Part shown: positions 63,031 to 64,000 of the stretch, piece after piece
How the letters are laid out: each line of letters opens with the position of its first letter
Position numbering within the stretch: position 1 is the first letter of the stretch
Assembly (NCBI RefSeq): GCF_028641065.1
Contig: NC_073384.1
Coordinates: 33,604,001-33,668,000, forward strand
Length of the DNA stretch: 64,000 bases
Direction of reading: 5' to 3'
Source of the DNA: Leucoraja erinacea
Lineage: Eukaryota
Position numbers and translations under genes: made by a program
The notes under the pieces: generated by a model
What the model saw: only the letters and a program-made list of their open reading frames with translations
The model's database searches: none
What the model was told of the DNA's origin: nothing

Positions 63031-64000
63031 GTATGTACCTAGAATTTCTTGAGAATTATGAAGTAATTTGGATGCTTCATTCTGTAAACGCACTGGTTTG
63101 AGCATGTTATGTTATGGTTGTTTAGTTATCTCATTTTGCACATGCACGCTCTCTCTGTGAACAGGAGTCCATATGTGTTGGGAACAGAATGCATTGAGGC
63201 AATCATTCATTGTTGTGGTGGTTGTTGACTATATAACATTGAGTGTTAAACTTAAGAGCCTCTTGCAGTGGGGAGTTATTGCTAACACGATTGTTGAGTT
63301 GGTGTGGTTAGGAATAGAAATGTGGCAGAATTCATTCACTTACTGTAAACCTTGAGACTTCCAAGCATTTATAGAGAAACTGCAAATGCTGGTTTACACA
63401 AAGAATCACAATGTGCTGAAGTAACTCAGTGAGTCAGGAGGGATCTCTGGAAAACATGGATAGGTGACATTTTGGGGTCGGGACCCTTCGTCAAACTGAA
63501 GACTGAGGAAGGGTCCCGACACGAAATGTCACCTACATATATGTTAGTGCCTGACCTGTTAAGTTACTCCAGCACTGTCTCTCTTCATTTACGTCTATAT
63601 TATCATGGTCATTAATAGAGACTATGCCCACATGTTCAAGAGAGTCAAGAGTGTTTAATTGTCGTATGTAGCAACATTGAAAGAATGAAATTTATACTTG
63701 CTGCTGCTTAACAGGCCCGCAATTCTAATCAGATACATTTATAATAATTGACAACCTGAAACTAGGTAACCATAATAGTGTAAATATAGAAGCCCATAGT
63801 GCAACCAAAGACAGTCCATAGAAGATCATAGTTGCTGTGGTGAGTGTTGTGCAGTGTTCAAGAACCTGATGGTTTAGATTTAGCCTTATTATTGTCACGT
63901 GAACTGAGGTACAGTAAAAAGCTTTGTTTTGCATGCTCGCCAAACAGATCAGAAAATATATATAGACACAATCAGTTGAAACTCAAGTACAATAGACTGA

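Overview
Eukaryotic, repeat-rich genomic DNA. The HE1/V-SINE, CR1, Penelope and Rex1-like repeats suggest a cartilaginous fish, probably a skate or ray (inference). There are three assembly gaps. Genes were rebuilt by hand from GT-AG boundaries with consistent phases and from recalled similarity to vertebrate proteins: (1) the 5' part of DZANK1 on the minus strand, 6 coding exons at 15850->5793, running off the left edge; (2) head-to-head with it, a complete 9-exon POLR3F/RPC6 (+, 23682-40827, 314 aa); (3) an intact single-exon 557-aa Tigger/pogo transposase ORF (-, 45114-46787, DD32D) that looks domesticated, with a putative non-coding exon 1 in a CpG island; (4) the 5' part of a C6orf118 homologue (+, 4 exons at 58341-63030), apparently sharing that island. 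An orphan TDP2-like exon 1 sits inside a putative hAT-type non-autonomous element. Introns hold non-autonomous Helitrons with promoter-like cargo, hAT, Harbinger, Tc1 and Tc2-type DNA elements, and Penelope copies whose fold-back derivatives carry hammerhead-like cores. Most short ORFs in the track are repeat artefacts. No database searches were run.
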